Shown: positions 34,943 through 35,712 of the stretch, one piece after another
Layout of the letters: each line of letters opens with the position of its first letter
Position numbering within the stretch: the first letter of the stretch is position 1
Origin: Octopus bimaculoides
Taxonomy: Eukaryota
Direction of reading: 5' to 3'
Assembly: GCF_001194135.2 (NCBI RefSeq)
Contig: NC_068990.1
Location: 8,623,121-8,658,832 of the forward strand
DNA: 35,712 nucleotides
Notes under the pieces: model-generated
Told to the model about the DNA's origin: nothing
Database searches by the model: none
Seen by the model: the letters and a program-made list of their open reading frames with translations, nothing else
Position numbers and translations under genes: made by a program

Positions 34943-35494
34943 ATCTGTAGTAGTTAATTGTAATTGATACTATTTTTCTTTATTATACAATCTAAGATTT
35001 TCTTAGATCCGAAATTTGCATTAAATATTCTCTCGAAATATTGACATCCAGTTCAACTTTGAAGGGTGGGCATTGTACATTTACAATGAGTAACACGAAG
35101 ATACATTCGGATCTTTTTTAATTTTTCCTTTTTCGGTTTAATTTTAGGAAACATAAATTCATTACTCTGTATAGTTTGCGCCTTTATATTCAAATAACTA
35201 GTCTCCTTTATCTTGCTGATAATATAAATATCGATAAATATCGATAATGCTTTGCCATCAACAACTGCAACTCTCTTCATCATATTTATAGCTAAGTGTT
35301 GATATATGAAATGATAGTTCCACTACGATTAGTAGCTATTTGTGTGTCGATGCGAAAGATATTGTTATATATATTTGGGTTGAATGAAGGAGATTTTCCA
35401 GTTCTCGATGTTGCAGCTACTATTGAATTGTTGGTGATGAGTCAACTCTCTTCAAGTTTTTCAGACAATATATGTATGCATGCATCGCTGTGGT

Positions 35495-35654
35495 TCTCTA
35501 CACAAACACAAACACACACACACACACAAACATATATATACATACATACATATACACATATACACATAATACATGCATATGTATGATACATATGTATCAT
35601 GTATATCATTTATATATATATATATAAATATGTATATGATACATATATATTTTA

Positions 35655-35712
<58 letters not shown>
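35495..35712. repeat. (CA)/(TA)/(GT) compound microsatellite
   Basis: Read directly. Confidence 0.95.

Noticed and set aside
150-35586. Most supplied ORFs (poly-CV, HT, YI, LS, X runs)
   Set aside because: Translations of dinucleotide or trinucleotide microsatellites, N-gaps or SINE sequence; not genes.

Overview
AT-rich eukaryotic genomic DNA with nine N-gaps and many microsatellites. The SINE and repeat content looks like an octopod cephalopod (inferred from recognising the repeats, not checked against a database). None of the supplied ORF-track entries is a real gene: they are microsatellite or gap artefacts, or transposon debris. Reading splice signals by eye gives the 3' part of a + strand protein-coding gene that the ORF track misses. 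It has seven candidate exons (4066-4095, 8505-8561, 18716-18808, 23082-23090, 29685-29695, 31865-32027, 32158-32187), including 9-nt and 11-nt microexons. They splice in one uninterrupted frame to a 130-aa C-terminal fragment with a basic stretch followed by a hydrophobic, transmembrane-like segment: TFFLELLTEIYQFHRPLTENILYLNSEYKTAEVNTHDIQIELLQSDIRKGNAGRVDFEKEDLETNYRCLNNGKKYFNKKERAKNLKNDILFLICLFVGLCILVAGLSHTFILESIRFVLEKTLFHLNRFH*. I do not recognise the family. The introns hold at least three tRNA-derived SINE families, a degraded L1/Tx1 reverse-transcriptase fragment, a mariner remnant, Penelope-like fragments (one with a hammerhead-ribozyme core), an R4/Dong-like 3' end and other decayed LINE pieces.
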